Below, piece after piece: positions 38,399 to 51,000 of a stretch of 64,000 nt of DNA. Position 1 is the stretch's first letter; every line of letters starts with the position of its first letter. Both the position numbers and the translations under genes were made by a program. The notes below the pieces were generated by a model. The model did not search any database and had not been told where the DNA came from. It saw only the letters and a program-made list of their open reading frames with translations. This DNA is from Candidatus Latescibacterota bacterium (GTDB lineage: Bacteria > Latescibacterota > UBA2968): assembly GCA_965222605.1 (NCBI GenBank), contig OZ244960.1, positions 3,008,001-3,072,000 on the forward strand, given 5' to 3'.

Positions 38399-39694
38399 GT
38401 GGCAATTGGTATCGGCTTGATTGGCATGGGTGTTGTCGGTGGCGGCGTCGCGCGCATTTTGCGTGACCGCGACCATGAATTTAAACATGTTCGGGGCCTC
38501 GATCTCGACATTCGCAAAATCGCTGTGCGCGATCTGTCCAAACCTCGCGCAATTGACTTGCTTCCCGACCGTTTCACGACCAATCCAATGGATGTGGTCA
38601 CCGACCCTAAAATCCAGATTGTGATCGAGGTGATGGGCGGTGTTGATGCGGCATATGACCTGGTTCTCGCGGCTCTTCAAAATGGCAAAGATGTGGTTAC
38701 GGCCAACAAAGCCCTTCTTGCCGAACGCGGCGACAGCCTATTTGAGGCAGCGGTTCAAAACAATGTTGGCCTCGGCTTTGAAGCCAGCGTATGCGGTGGT
38801 ATTCCCATTATCCAAACGCTCAGCCAGGGGCTGGTAGCCAACGATATTCAATCGCTTTACGGCATTCTCAACGGCACGACCAACTACATCCTCACCCGCA
38901 TGACAGAAGCCGGGGCGGACTTTGATCCCATGCTCAAAGAGGCACAGGACAAAGGGTTTGCCGAAGCCGATCCGACCATGGACATCGACGGCACGGATGC
39001 GGCTCAAAAGCTCGCGCTGCTCTGTCGCCTCGCGTTCCGTCAGCGCGTCTCATCCGGCGATATTCTCAAAGAGGGCATCTCTCACATCACCGCATTGGAC
39101 ATCGACTTTGCCCGCGAACTCGGCTACACTATCAAATTGCTCGGCATAGCCCGGGTGGTGGGCTATCGCATTGAAGCCCGCGTGCATCCCGCTCTTGTGC
39201 CTCGCGATGCGCTCCTGGCCGATATTCGCAATGAATTTAATGCTGTGGAAATTGTCGGCAGTGCGGTTGACGCTCAGGTCTTTTACGGCAAGGGTGCCGG
39301 CGAATTGCCCACGGCCAGCGCGGTGGTCGCGGATCTGGTCGCCATCGCCGAGCGGCGCAAAGCTGGTCTTGGTCCTGCGGGAGCACCGCTTGCTCCGCTG
39401 CCCGAGGCCGATCTCGTTCCCATTGATGACATTCAAACCGGTAGCTATTGTCGCTTTACTGTTCACGACAAACCCGGGGTTCTGGCGCAGATTGCAGCAC
39501 TCTTTGCCGGGGAAAATATCAGCATAGAAACGGTTATCCAGCACGGGCGCTCGGAAACAGAAGGTGGCACGGTTCCTCTGATCATGATCACACACGATGC
39601 TCCCGAATCCGCGATGCAATGCGCCATCACGCGCATCGGGAAATTGTCCGCGGTGACTGAAAAACCGCAGATCATTCGCATTCTTCATCCCTAA
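38399..39694 (+). CDS. hom: Homoserine dehydrogenase with C-terminal ACT domain
   Basis: Motifs GMGVVGGGV, VVTANKA, EASVCGGIP, GILNGTTNYIL, AEADPT and DKPGVLA. Confidence 0.96.
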   Translation: MAIGIGLIGMGVVGGGVARILRDRDHEFKHVRGLDLDIRKIAVRDLSKPRAIDLLPDRFTTNPMDVVTDPKIQIVIEVMGGVDAAYDLVLAALQNGKDVVTANKALLAERGDSLFEAAVQNNVGLGFEASVCGGIPIIQTLSQGLVANDIQSLYGILNGTTNYILTRMTEAGADFDPMLKEAQDKGFAEADPTMDIDGTDAAQKLALLCRLAFRQRVSSGDILKEGISHITALDIDFARELGYTIKLLGIARVVGYRIEARVHPALVPRDALLADIRNEFNAVEIVGSAVDAQVFYGKGAGELPTASAVVADLVAIAERRKAGLGPAGAPLAPLPEADLVPIDDIQTGSYCRFTVHDKPGVLAQIAALFAGENISIETVIQHGRSETEGGTVPLIMITHDAPESAMQCAITRIGKLSAVTEKPQIIRILHP

Positions 39695-39708
39695 GAGAAT
39701 GCGAGTAC

Positions 39709-39740
39709 AAAAAAGCGGCAGAGAAAAATCTCTGCCGCTA
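39709..39740. terminator. Terminator between convergent hom and gyrA
   Basis: AAAAAAGCGGCAGAGA-AAAA-TCTCTGCCGCT. Confidence 0.8.
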
Positions 39741-39768
39741 CGAACTTCAATTCAAAAGATTGTGTTGT

Positions 39769-42366
39769 TCACTTCCATCCTGTTCGCTTTTGCACCTCGC
39801 GCCATAACGCCTTCACCATTTCTTCTCCCGTCGTCTTTTTTCCGTTCTCCTCAGCAGTATTCTCATCTTCACTTTCACTTACTTCTTCAGATGTCGGGTC
39901 TATCGCGGTTTCGCCTTCTTCTTCCTCATCCTGGCTGACCTGTGCCACATCGATCACCTGATCGCCGTCATCCACGTTGATCAAACGCACACCCTGTGCA
40001 TTGCGCCCAATCACGCTCACTTCCGAAACTTTCTGTCGGATCAAGATGCCATTCTGTGTCACGATCACCATATCGTCCTGGCTATCTTTCATTACCAGCA
40101 TCACCGATACCACAGGACCATTGCGATCTGTGGTTTTGATGTTGATCACGCCTTTGCCACCCCGGTTTGTCAGGCGATAATCCAAAACCGGCGTGCGCTT
40201 GCCATATCCATTGGCACATACTGTCAACAAACGGGACTGCTCTACATCCTCAGGTTTAACGACCACCATGCCCACCACGACATCATCGCCTTGCAAGGAC
40301 ACACCGCGCACCCCCTGTGAGTTGCGCCCCAAAGAACGCACCTTGTCTTCATTAAAGTACACAGCCTGCCCGCGCTTTGTGGCAATGATCACCTGGTCGT
40401 CACCCCTTGTAATCGCGGCTTTAATTAGCTGATCGTCTTCCAGCACATTCATCGCGATAATGCCACCCTTGCGCGGGCGACTATACGCCGACAGCACGGT
40501 CTTTTTTATTTGTCCCTTTAGGGTTACAGACAACAGATAGTGATCTTCATCAAATTCACGCACTGGCACGACTTCGGCTACCTTATGTCCATAGGGAATA
40601 TCCACCACATTGACAATGGGCCGACCTCGGGCTTGACGCGTACCTCTCGGAATTTCATGTACTTTTAACCACACACAGTGACCCCGGTCTGTCAATACGA
40701 GGATATAGCTGTGCGTGGAAGCCACGAACAAGCTTTCTACAAAATCTTCATCCTTTGTGCGCATCCCCGTGATCCCACGGCCCCCCCGGTTTTGTGCGCG
40801 ATAGGTGGATACGGGAATGCGTTTGATATATCCGTTGTGAGAAATTGTAATGACCATGTCTTCTTCGCGGATCAAATCTTCAATACTAAACTCAGAGGCC
40901 GCCAACACGATTTCTGATCGACGCTCATCGCCGTATTTTTCGCGCATCACACCCAATTCGTCTTTGACAATTTTCATACGCGATTCGCGGTTGTCCAAAA
41001 TAGAGCCCAGTCGTTCAATTTCTTGCTTCAGCGCGGAATATTCGTCTTCTATCTTCTGCTGTTCCATGTTGGTCAATCGTTGCAATGTCATGGATAAAAT
41101 GGCCTGTGTCTGGCGTTGAGACAATTCGAGTTGTGTCATCAACGCACGCCGCGCTTCGTTGGGGTCTGCCGAGCCGCGGATAATGCGGATCACTTCGTCG
41201 ATATGGTCCTGCGCGAGTATTAATCCTTCCAAGATATGTGCGCGATCTTCAGCCACCCGCAGTTCGTATTCCGTGCGTCGTTTCACGACATCGTGGCGGT
41301 GGTCGATATAACACTGCAACATGTGCTTTATGGTCACTTGTAGCGGCCGGCCGTTGACCAGCGCAACCATATTGGCCGCAAACGTCGTTTCCAATTGGGT
41401 GTGTTTGTAGAGTTGATTCAAAATCACCTCCCCGACGGTATCGCGTTTGAGTTCCACCACAATACGCAACCCATCGCGGTCGGATTCATCCTGAATATTT
41501 GAAATTCCTTCAATGCGCTTTTCGCGTACCAGATCCGCCATTTTTTCTAACAGCGTTGTCTTGTTCACCATATAGGGGATTTCTGTGATGATAATGGTTT
41601 CTCGCTCGGTTTTGTCTTCTTCTATATCGGCTTTTGCCCGGATCTTCAGGTGCCCGCGCCCCGTCTGATAGGCGTCTAAAACGCCACCTATACCATAAAT
41701 GGTGCCGCCGGTTGGAAAGTCGGGTGCTTTGATATATTCCATCAACTCACCGATATCCAATTCGGGATTATCGATCAATGCGACAAGGCCATCGACGACC
41801 TCCTGCAAATTGTGCGGTGGGATTGCTGTCGCCATTGTCGTGGCAATTCCCACGGCGCCGTTGCAAACCATGTTTGGAAATGCAGAAGGCAATACTTTGG
41901 GTTCTTCCAGGCGCTCGTCGTAGTTGGGGCGATAATCAACGGTCTCTTTCTCGAGATCGTTTAACATCTCCTGCCCCGGTCCGGCCATACGCGCTTCTGT
42001 ATAGCGCATCGCAGCGGGTGGATATCCGTCGATGGAGCCAAAATTGCCCTGCCCATCTACGAGTGGATAACGCAACTTAAAATCCTGAGCCAGATGCACC
42101 AGCGTTGGATAGACAATGTCTTCACCGTGCGGATGGTAATTGCCCGAGGCATGACCGGCGATATGAGCACATTTTCGATGCTGCCGGTTTGCGCCCAGGC
42201 CGAGGTCATTCATCGCCACCAAAATGCGTCTTTGCGATGGCTTCATCCCATCGCGCACATCCGGCAATGCGCGATTGACCAGTGTGCTCATCGAATAATC
42301 GAGCATGGACTTCTTCAACTCATCACCAATTTCAACAGGGATCACCCGCGATCGTTCTATCATCAT
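39769..42366 (-). CDS. gyrA: DNA gyrase subunit A
   Basis: Motifs RALPDVRDG, HPHG, AAMRYTE, GyrA-box QNRGGRG, CTD blades and acidic tail. Confidence 0.97.
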   Translation of the reverse strand: MMIERSRVIPVEIGDELKKSMLDYSMSTLVNRALPDVRDGMKPSQRRILVAMNDLGLGANRQHRKCAHIAGHASGNYHPHGEDIVYPTLVHLAQDFKLRYPLVDGQGNFGSIDGYPPAAMRYTEARMAGPGQEMLNDLEKETVDYRPNYDERLEEPKVLPSAFPNMVCNGAVGIATTMATAIPPHNLQEVVDGLVALIDNPELDIGELMEYIKAPDFPTGGTIYGIGGVLDAYQTGRGHLKIRAKADIEEDKTERETIIITEIPYMVNKTTLLEKMADLVREKRIEGISNIQDESDRDGLRIVVELKRDTVGEVILNQLYKHTQLETTFAANMVALVNGRPLQVTIKHMLQCYIDHRHDVVKRRTEYELRVAEDRAHILEGLILAQDHIDEVIRIIRGSADPNEARRALMTQLELSQRQTQAILSMTLQRLTNMEQQKIEDEYSALKQEIERLGSILDNRESRMKIVKDELGVMREKYGDERRSEIVLAASEFSIEDLIREEDMVITISHNGYIKRIPVSTYRAQNRGGRGITGMRTKDEDFVESLFVASTHSYILVLTDRGHCVWLKVHEIPRGTRQARGRPIVNVVDIPYGHKVAEVVPVREFDEDHYLLSVTLKGQIKKTVLSAYSRPRKGGIIAMNVLEDDQLIKAAITRGDDQVIIATKRGQAVYFNEDKVRSLGRNSQGVRGVSLQGDDVVVGMVVVKPEDVEQSRLLTVCANGYGKRTPVLDYRLTNRGGKGVINIKTTDRNGPVVSVMLVMKDSQDDMVIVTQNGILIRQKVSEVSVIGRNAQGVRLINVDDGDQVIDVAQVSQDEEEEGETAIDPTSEEVSESEDENTAEENGKKTTGEEMVKALWREVQKRTGWK

Positions 42367-42411
42367 TGTCTTATCGTCTCCTTTGAGTTATCTGTTGCCA
42401 GTAGCCAGTTT

Positions 42412-44376
<1,965 letters not shown>

Positions 44377-44718
44377 CTATTGTAGCCAGATTGTTTTTAC
44401 AACATCACCGCCAACCTCGCGGTTCAAATTTTGACGTATGGTCTCGCATTGAAAGCGCAACCAGTGCCGCCAGGTGGGGTTTTGTACTGAAACCGTTAAC
44501 TGCTCCCCCCGAAAGCCTTCAACTTTCGTTACAGCAGCAATATCTTTTCCCACAATTTCTTCCCACAGTGACAACACGCGTTGTTCTCTCAATTTTTTCG
44601 CAATCCCCAGTCTATTCACCACCTGGCGAATGGCATCACCTGCGGAAACCGGCTCGCCTATCGCGCCAGCCCGATACTTGTAAACACCACTCTTGCGTCT
44701 ATCAATCTCGGCATCCAT
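44377..44718 (-). CDS. DUF721 / DciA-like protein
   Basis: W-x-x-IVG...LTVSVQNPTWRHWL; canonical position between recF and gyrB. Confidence 0.8.
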   Translation of the reverse strand: MDAEIDRRKSGVYKYRAGAIGEPVSAGDAIRQVVNRLGIAKKLREQRVLSLWEEIVGKDIAAVTKVEGFRGEQLTVSVQNPTWRHWLRFQCETIRQNLNREVGGDVVKTIWLQ

Positions 44719-44726
44719 AGTCTTAC

Positions 44727-45815
44727 TCACAATTTCAGCAGCCGAAATCCATGTGCTCCAAAATCCAAATCTGGATCGCGCGCTGAGGTTACGACCACCT
44801 GCCCAAAATCGGGAATCAGGTTCAATACTGCGTTTGCCCGATGGGGATCGAGTTCTGAAAACACATCGTCCATCAGCAAAACAGGACGCCACCCGGTCTG
44901 TTGCTCTAAAAATGTTGCTTCGGCCAATTTCCAGGAAAGCAGAACGGTTTTTAGTTGGCCTTTAGACGCGAATTGATGCACAGCTTTGTCATCAAGTGTA
45001 AAAATCAGATTGTCGCGGTGTGGCCCTGTAAGTGTATATCGCAATTCGACTTCCTGTGGCAACCGGGTCGTCAGAGCTTCGAAGAGTATTTCCCTGCCCT
45101 GATCGCGCGTTTCCAGGGATATGGGACTGCGGTAACTCGCTTTCATTTTTTCGGGTGTGGGCGCAATAGACTGATAATATTCCGATAGAAGATGTTGTAT
45201 ATCATTCAGTGCTTCGAGGCGGCGAGATATAATGCGAGCACCCAAATTGGACAATTGCTCATTCCACGGTTCAATTTGTTCGGGATGTGATAACAGTGCT
45301 GAACGGCGGTCTTTTAACAACCGATTGCGCTGCGCCAAAACGCGCTGATACCCTTCCAGATCAGCCAAATAGGACGCGCTTGATTGCGAAACGAGTATAT
45401 CTAAAATGCGGCGGCGCTGCGCCGGTTCGCGCAATACGAGATCCACATCTTCGGGGGAGAACAAAACAGCGTTGAATGCGCCAATAAGGTCTGAAAGGCG
45501 GGGAAGAGAGGTCTCTGCAAGAGAGGCTTGTTTCTTGCCAACGAGGGGATCGTAGGCAATGCGAATGGGGAAGGAACGATCTTCGCGCTCTATCTGGGCT
45601 TCGATCACGAAATAGTTAGCGCCCCATTTGAGCACGTCCCGATCCCTGGCACCTCGGCCCGATTTGGCCAGTGCCAAAAAGTACAACGCTTCTAAAACAT
45701 TTGATTTACCGCGGGCATTGTCTGCCCAAATTGCCGTTTTTGCCTGATCAAATGTAAATTCAGCATGCTCAAAGTTTCGAAAATTGATGAGTTTAAGTGA
45801 GGAGACATACATCAT
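44727..45815 (-). CDS. recF: DNA replication/repair protein RecF
   Basis: Motifs NFRN, NARGKSN, FSPED, GPHRD, SKGQ and LLMDDVFSELD. Confidence 0.96.
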   Translation of the reverse strand: MMYVSSLKLINFRNFEHAEFTFDQAKTAIWADNARGKSNVLEALYFLALAKSGRGARDRDVLKWGANYFVIEAQIEREDRSFPIRIAYDPLVGKKQASLAETSLPRLSDLIGAFNAVLFSPEDVDLVLREPAQRRRILDILVSQSSASYLADLEGYQRVLAQRNRLLKDRRSALLSHPEQIEPWNEQLSNLGARIISRRLEALNDIQHLLSEYYQSIAPTPEKMKASYRSPISLETRDQGREILFEALTTRLPQEVELRYTLTGPHRDNLIFTLDDKAVHQFASKGQLKTVLLSWKLAEATFLEQQTGWRPVLLMDDVFSELDPHRANAVLNLIPDFGQVVVTSARDPDLDFGAHGFRLLKL

Positions 45816-46996
45816 TCATTGAGCCGCAAGGGCATAAGGAGACAAAGATAGTCTTCGCCTTCGAGCTGTTCACCGGGTCTGATGATTCCCGCGGCAACAG
45901 CGCTGTCGAGTTCAAAGAGCACTTCGTCACAGGAAATGCGCCGGAGCACGTCCAGGAGATAGCCGGAATTATATCCAATGGTCATTTCATCTTCATCGTA
46001 TTCAACACCCATAGATTCCCGTGCTTCGCCTCCTATTTCCTGGCTGGTAGCTGATAATGCGAGTTCGTTCTTTTGGAGTTCGAGCCGCAATTGATGGGTT
46101 TGAGCACTTGCCAGAATGGATACGCGCCGCACAGCTGGTAACAATTGGCTGTTCGAAACGCGAAGACGCTTGCCGTTGTTTTGGGGAATTACCTGTTCGA
46201 AATCGACATAAGGACCTTCAATCAGTCGAGAGAAAATCTGGACGGTATCTTCACTGTCTTCGTCACCCAGTGAAAAAAGCACATGGCTTTGCCCAAGTTG
46301 CGCTTTTTGGAGATCTACTCCTCCTCCCATGAGTTTGACCACATGATTCAAAGCGCGAGGGGGAATAATGGCGTCTCTATTGTCATCGGGTAACCCATCC
46401 TGAATCCGCGAATATTTGACCAGGCGGTGACCATCTGTTGCCACCATGGTCATGCGGCCATTGCCAATCTGCCAGAGCACACCAGTGAGCACCGGGCGCG
46501 TTTCATCGCGAGATACGGCAAAGACCGTTTTAGAAATCATCTCGCTGAGGACATTGCTATCAGCCGAAGCGTTCTCAGAATCCTCGTCTTCATCTGATAG
46601 AAACGCGATCTCGGGACCTTCGATCTCTGAAGGCAGTTCGGGGAAATCGTCGGCTGGTACCGACATCAAGGCATAAGTTCCTTCGGCACCACTTTGGCGC
46701 TGAAGGGTGACACGACCTTCTTCGGCGGTGAGGGATAGGGATTCATCGGGCAACTCACGCACGATTTCTGAGAACTTGCGTGCTGGCACCGTTGTTGCCC
46801 CGGGGTCTTCAATGGTGGCTGAAAGTTTGCATGTGATTGATATATCGAGATCTGTGGCGCTTAAACACACATCACTGCCATTGTTTGCATCAATGAGGAT
46901 ATTGGACAACACTGGCAGTGCGGTTTTAGAGGGCACGATATCAATCACAGCCTGAATACCTTTGAGGAGTTCATTTTTTTCTATCGATACTTTCAT
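45812..46996 (-). CDS. dnaN: DNA polymerase III beta sliding clamp
   Basis: Motifs ATDLD, ETRPVLTGV, VATDGHRL, SRLIEG and LMPLR. Confidence 0.97.
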   Translation of the reverse strand: MKVSIEKNELLKGIQAVIDIVPSKTALPVLSNILIDANNGSDVCLSATDLDISITCKLSATIEDPGATTVPARKFSEIVRELPDESLSLTAEEGRVTLQRQSGAEGTYALMSVPADDFPELPSEIEGPEIAFLSDEDEDSENASADSNVLSEMISKTVFAVSRDETRPVLTGVLWQIGNGRMTMVATDGHRLVKYSRIQDGLPDDNRDAIIPPRALNHVVKLMGGGVDLQKAQLGQSHVLFSLGDEDSEDTVQIFSRLIEGPYVDFEQVIPQNNGKRLRVSNSQLLPAVRRVSILASAQTHQLRLELQKNELALSATSQEIGGEARESMGVEYDEDEMTIGYNSGYLLDVLRRISCDEVLFELDSAVAAGIIRPGEQLEGEDYLCLLMPLRLNE

Positions 46997-47203
46997 GGAT
47001 GCGATTCTCCCGAGCGCGTCAAGCCCTTTGTAAATGATTTTTATGGCGTTGAATAGAGCGTTTTTTCAGGATAAAAAATGATTGATTTTTTATTCAATTA
47101 CAAACACCATAATTTACTGAATTTTAACGGTTTTGTCAACCTTACTTTTTGTTCGAAAACTCCTTTTTATCCCTGAGAATTGTCGAACAAAAAGATGCAA
47201 AAT

Positions 47204-47257
47204 TCAAACTGTTCTAAATTCACGTCGTTCAGTGAGCCATACCCCTTTGCAATGACC
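47204..47257 (-). repeat. Diverged duplicate of the addA 3' end
   Basis: Encodes WLTERREFRTV* versus WLTERREFRAI* at the addA end (48002-48056). Confidence 0.8.
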
Positions 47258-47292
47258 TTGATTTGTGCATCATTTGTGCATATCTTTGTTTT

Positions 47293-47574
47293 ATGAATTA
47301 TCAATGGGACCCAGAAAAGGCAGAATCAAATTTCCTTACACATGGTGTTGATTTCGCTGACTCAGTAGGAGTATTTGAGGATATCTGGGCATTGACCTTG
47401 AAAGAAGAGATTGAATCGGGTGAGCAACGATTTGCCACTCTTGGTACCGATTTCTTTGGACGAATTTTGGTTGTCGTTTATACATATCGAAACGAAGACA
47501 TCCGTTTAATTTCCGCTCGCCCCGCAACGCGTCGGGAAAGGAGAATATATGAAAAAAAAAGAATATCATTTTGA
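47293..47574 (+). CDS. brnT: BrnT family toxin
   Basis: Motifs YQWDPEKAESN..HGVDF, EQRF and IRLISAR. Confidence 0.9.
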   Translation: MNYQWDPEKAESNFLTHGVDFADSVGVFEDIWALTLKEEIESGEQRFATLGTDFFGRILVVVYTYRNEDIRLISARPATRRERRIYEKKRISF

Positions 47575-47809
47575 AACCGCCCAACAAGGCCCTGTCGTCC
47601 AGCCACCACCCGGCAAGACGCGTATCACCATTCGCCTTGACACAGATGTACTGAATTGGTTTAAGAAACAGGTTCATGAAGCAGGGGGCGGAAATTATCA
47701 GACGCTTGTGAACCAGGCCCTCAGAGAACACATCCAGGCTAACAATGGAGTATTGGAACAAACACTACGCAAAGTCATTCGCGAAGAACTCAGTTCACGC
47801 GCAGTCTAA
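47549..47809 (+). CDS. brnA: BrnA family antitoxin
   Basis: KTRITIRLDTDVLNWFK...GNYQTLVNQAL; overlaps brnT. Confidence 0.9.
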   Translation: MKKKEYHFETAQQGPVVQPPPGKTRITIRLDTDVLNWFKKQVHEAGGGNYQTLVNQALREHIQANNGVLEQTLRKVIREELSSRAV

Positions 47810-47810
47810 C

Positions 47811-47849
47811 ACAAAGACGCCGATGCCTGGGTAGCATCGGCGTCTTTGT
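47811..47849. terminator. Strong hairpin/terminator after brnA
   Basis: ACAAAGACGCCGATGC-N7-GCATCGGCGTCTTTGT, a 16-bp perfect stem. Confidence 0.8.
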
Positions 47850-47928
47850 TCGTAAACGATAGTGGCTATTCTATCACAGCGGTTTTGAACGTCCTTCTGA
47901 AGCGCGCGTCTGAGCATGGGAAGAGAAT

Positions 47929-47954
47929 TGAATTTCTGCGAAGTTGTACACCGC
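47929..47954 (-). repeat. Hairpin mini-element copy F (26 bp)
   Basis: Minus strand GCGGTGTACAACTTC-GCA-GAAATTCA. Confidence 0.7.
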
Positions 47955-48001
47955 TCCGATTAAAGTCACACATGACGTTAATTTTTATTAAACGCCATCT
48001 T

Positions 48002-51000
48002 TCAAATGGCTCTAAATTCACGTCGTTCCGTCAGCCACAAGCCCTTTGCAATAACGGTTTCTCCGGTGAAATTCTCCCAGTGTTTTGCATAGGTGTTCAC
48101 CTGATCGGCTGTTTGTTCGCACAGTGCTTGTACATCTTCATCGGTTTTGACCGCATTGGTTTTGTAATCGACGATTTTCCATCCTTTGGGCAGGCGATAG
48201 ACCAGATCGATGACGCCACGAATAATGTTGTTGGGTGAGGAGTTGTTCACCGTTTGCGGTACCGCAAAGGGGACTTCGGTATAGACGGTTTCTGAAGCCT
48301 GAATTTCTGCCCATATCTCCGAGTTGCGAAAATGCTGCAATGCGTCCAGCGCGTGCGGTAGAAACGCGGTGTCTGCACCCGCCTCATTCAGTAGATGTAT
48401 GACATAAGGTGTGGGATCAGCGGGCAATCGCATGTTGATGGCATCGTCGAATATCTGGTGAACCACGGTGCCATACGCAGCCCCCTTGCCCGCTACTGAT
48501 CGCCTCTCGTCCAAATATGCGATATCCGCCCGATCATCCGTCACCTGCGCGACTTCAAACGATTCTTTTTTCACAACTTTCCAGAAATGATCTCTTTGCT
48601 CGTGTTCCAGGCTGAAAGGCCGCGTTTCGAGAGGGGGGGCTTCTATTGTGGGATATTTTGCCAACTCCGGCACATTTTTAAGATGGGGATAGAGCGGCGA
48701 CCACGGTCCATGGTCGGGTTTTTCCTCGTAGGTGGATATTATGAGCAAATTTTCTGCGCGTGTTGCAGCCACGTAGAGCAATCGCAGTTCTTCGCCTTGC
48801 AAAAATCGCGTCTCTTCGGCTTCGGCATCTTCCCAACCCACAGGCTCGGCAACGACCTCGCGTTGATATGGTCCGCGGGGTTTTGTAATGGGCAATGCCA
48901 AAAAGGGTTCGTCGCTGGTGCGGGATACGTGAAATTCGGGGCCGTAGCGCGTGTAACTCGTGTCATAGGGGTCGGCGAGGAAGACGATTTTGCCCTGTAA
49001 TCCTTTTGCCTGATGCAGATTCATCAATCGCACGACATCTTCCTGTGCAGAAGAGAGGGTCATTTGTTCAATTTTGTAGTCTCTGTCGTCAATGAGGGCA
49101 CGTAGCTCGGTCACCACCTGCCCCCAATGCAATCCCTGCGCGCTCCACTCGCGGACGAGAGATAATATGCGAATGAGATTGCCTGCATGTGTGGCGCCCA
49201 TGGGCAGGGCGCGCACAAAAGGCAGGAGGCCGAGCTTTTCTACACAGCGCGCTATGGCGGCATCTGGCGATAGGGATTGCAACCATTTCGATGCTTTTTT
49301 GAGATGATCATAAGCCTGCTCGAACGTTCGGTGTAATTTTCGATCCATTCCTTTGGGCAAATCGCGTGTCCAATTAAAATCACCGCCTGCTTTTTTGAAC
49401 GCATAGAGTGTATCATCTCCCAGGCCGACGAGATCCCCCCGCAAATAGGCGAGTAGTGGAAGCGGATTGTCGGGCATATAAACCGTTTCCAAAAAATCCG
49501 TGAGTGTGTGCAATACGTCTGCTTCGCCAAGGCGATTGCCACCCGTGATATCAAAGGGAATACCGCACTTTTCCAGAGCCTGGGCATAATGGGACAAAGA
49601 GCCAGAGGTGCGCGTTAAGATGAGAAAGTCCCCCGGTGATGCTTTGGGAGGAAGCGCGGCGGTTTCTCCCGCGCCATTAAATTCTGTTTTGCCCTCTATG
49701 GCTGCGGCGATGAAATTTGCAATCTGATCTGCGTCTTCCGTCGCGATTTGGCTTCGGCTGTTGCGATAGACTTTGTCGATTGAGATTCGGCGAACTGCAA
49801 AATTCTCGCCATCGGGTCTGTATTTGAATAGGGGTGCAAATTCGGCTTGATAGGGTTTTTCGTGCGCGGCGAACAGGGGTTCGAATGCCGCGTTGATCCA
49901 ATCGCAGAGGTGGCTCACTGAGCGAAAGTTTGTGTTCAGGTTGACAATATCGCCATTGGTGTCGTCAATGCGCTTGCGGACGAGGTCAAAGGTTTCGACA
50001 TCCGCGCGGCGAAAGCGGTAGATTGACTGTTTGCCATCGCCGACTAAAAATAAACTACCCGGGCGGGGTGTGAGTTTGCGCCAGTCGGGTTCTTCCAAAT
50101 TTTCGCCGGTTAAATACAGCAATATTTCGGCCTGGATGGGATCGGTATCTTGAAATTCATCTACGAATAGGCAGCGATAGCGATCCTGAAAGTGATGGCG
50201 AACTTCGGGGTGGTCGCGCAGTAATCGCGCGGCCAATTCGAGCAGGTCTTGAAATGTGAGGCGACCGGATTCGCGACGGGTTCTGGCGTATTCTTCAACG
50301 GCATCATCGACATAGGGCGCAGCAAATTGGTAGATGTATTGCCGCCATTTGGTGAGGGTGGGGTCGAGTGTTTCGGCTTGAAATTCGGATAATAAGGTGT
50401 CTCGCAAGTGCTTTGCAAAATCCTGGTTGGGTGCCCAACTTTTCAGAGTAACGCTGAGGTTTCCGGTGAGTATTTGCAAGAGGGCGATGCGATCCGCATC
50501 GGAGTGAATCCCCCGATTCGACAAGAATAAGCGCGCGCGCGTCAAAGCTGTCTGGAGGGCATCGCGTCTGCCGGGGAGTGGATCGGGGATATAGGCTCCT
50601 GCGCGTTGTAGAAATGCTTTCAGTTTTGAAACTGCGGTCGATAAGTCGGGTTTTTGTACAGATTCGGATACGAGCGGTACATCGCTGAACAGGCAGCGTC
50701 TTTGAAAAAATCCATATAAATCTTCCGGGCGCAGGCCAAGTTCTTCAAATTTGGCGAGTTGCGGGTCTTCGGATAGAAAACACTGTTGTACAAACCGATC
50801 CCATGCTTCGCGGCGCATCACGGCTTCTTCGCGCTCTTCGACTTCTGAAAAATCGGGCGGCAGACCCGCTTCAACGGGGCGTTCTCGCAATAACTGGCCG
50901 CAGAATGAGTGTATGGTGCCAATAAAGCATTGATCTACTTTTTCGAGTGCTTTTTGAATGCGATGCAGGTCTTGACCGTCTGCGTTTTTGGCGCGCGATT

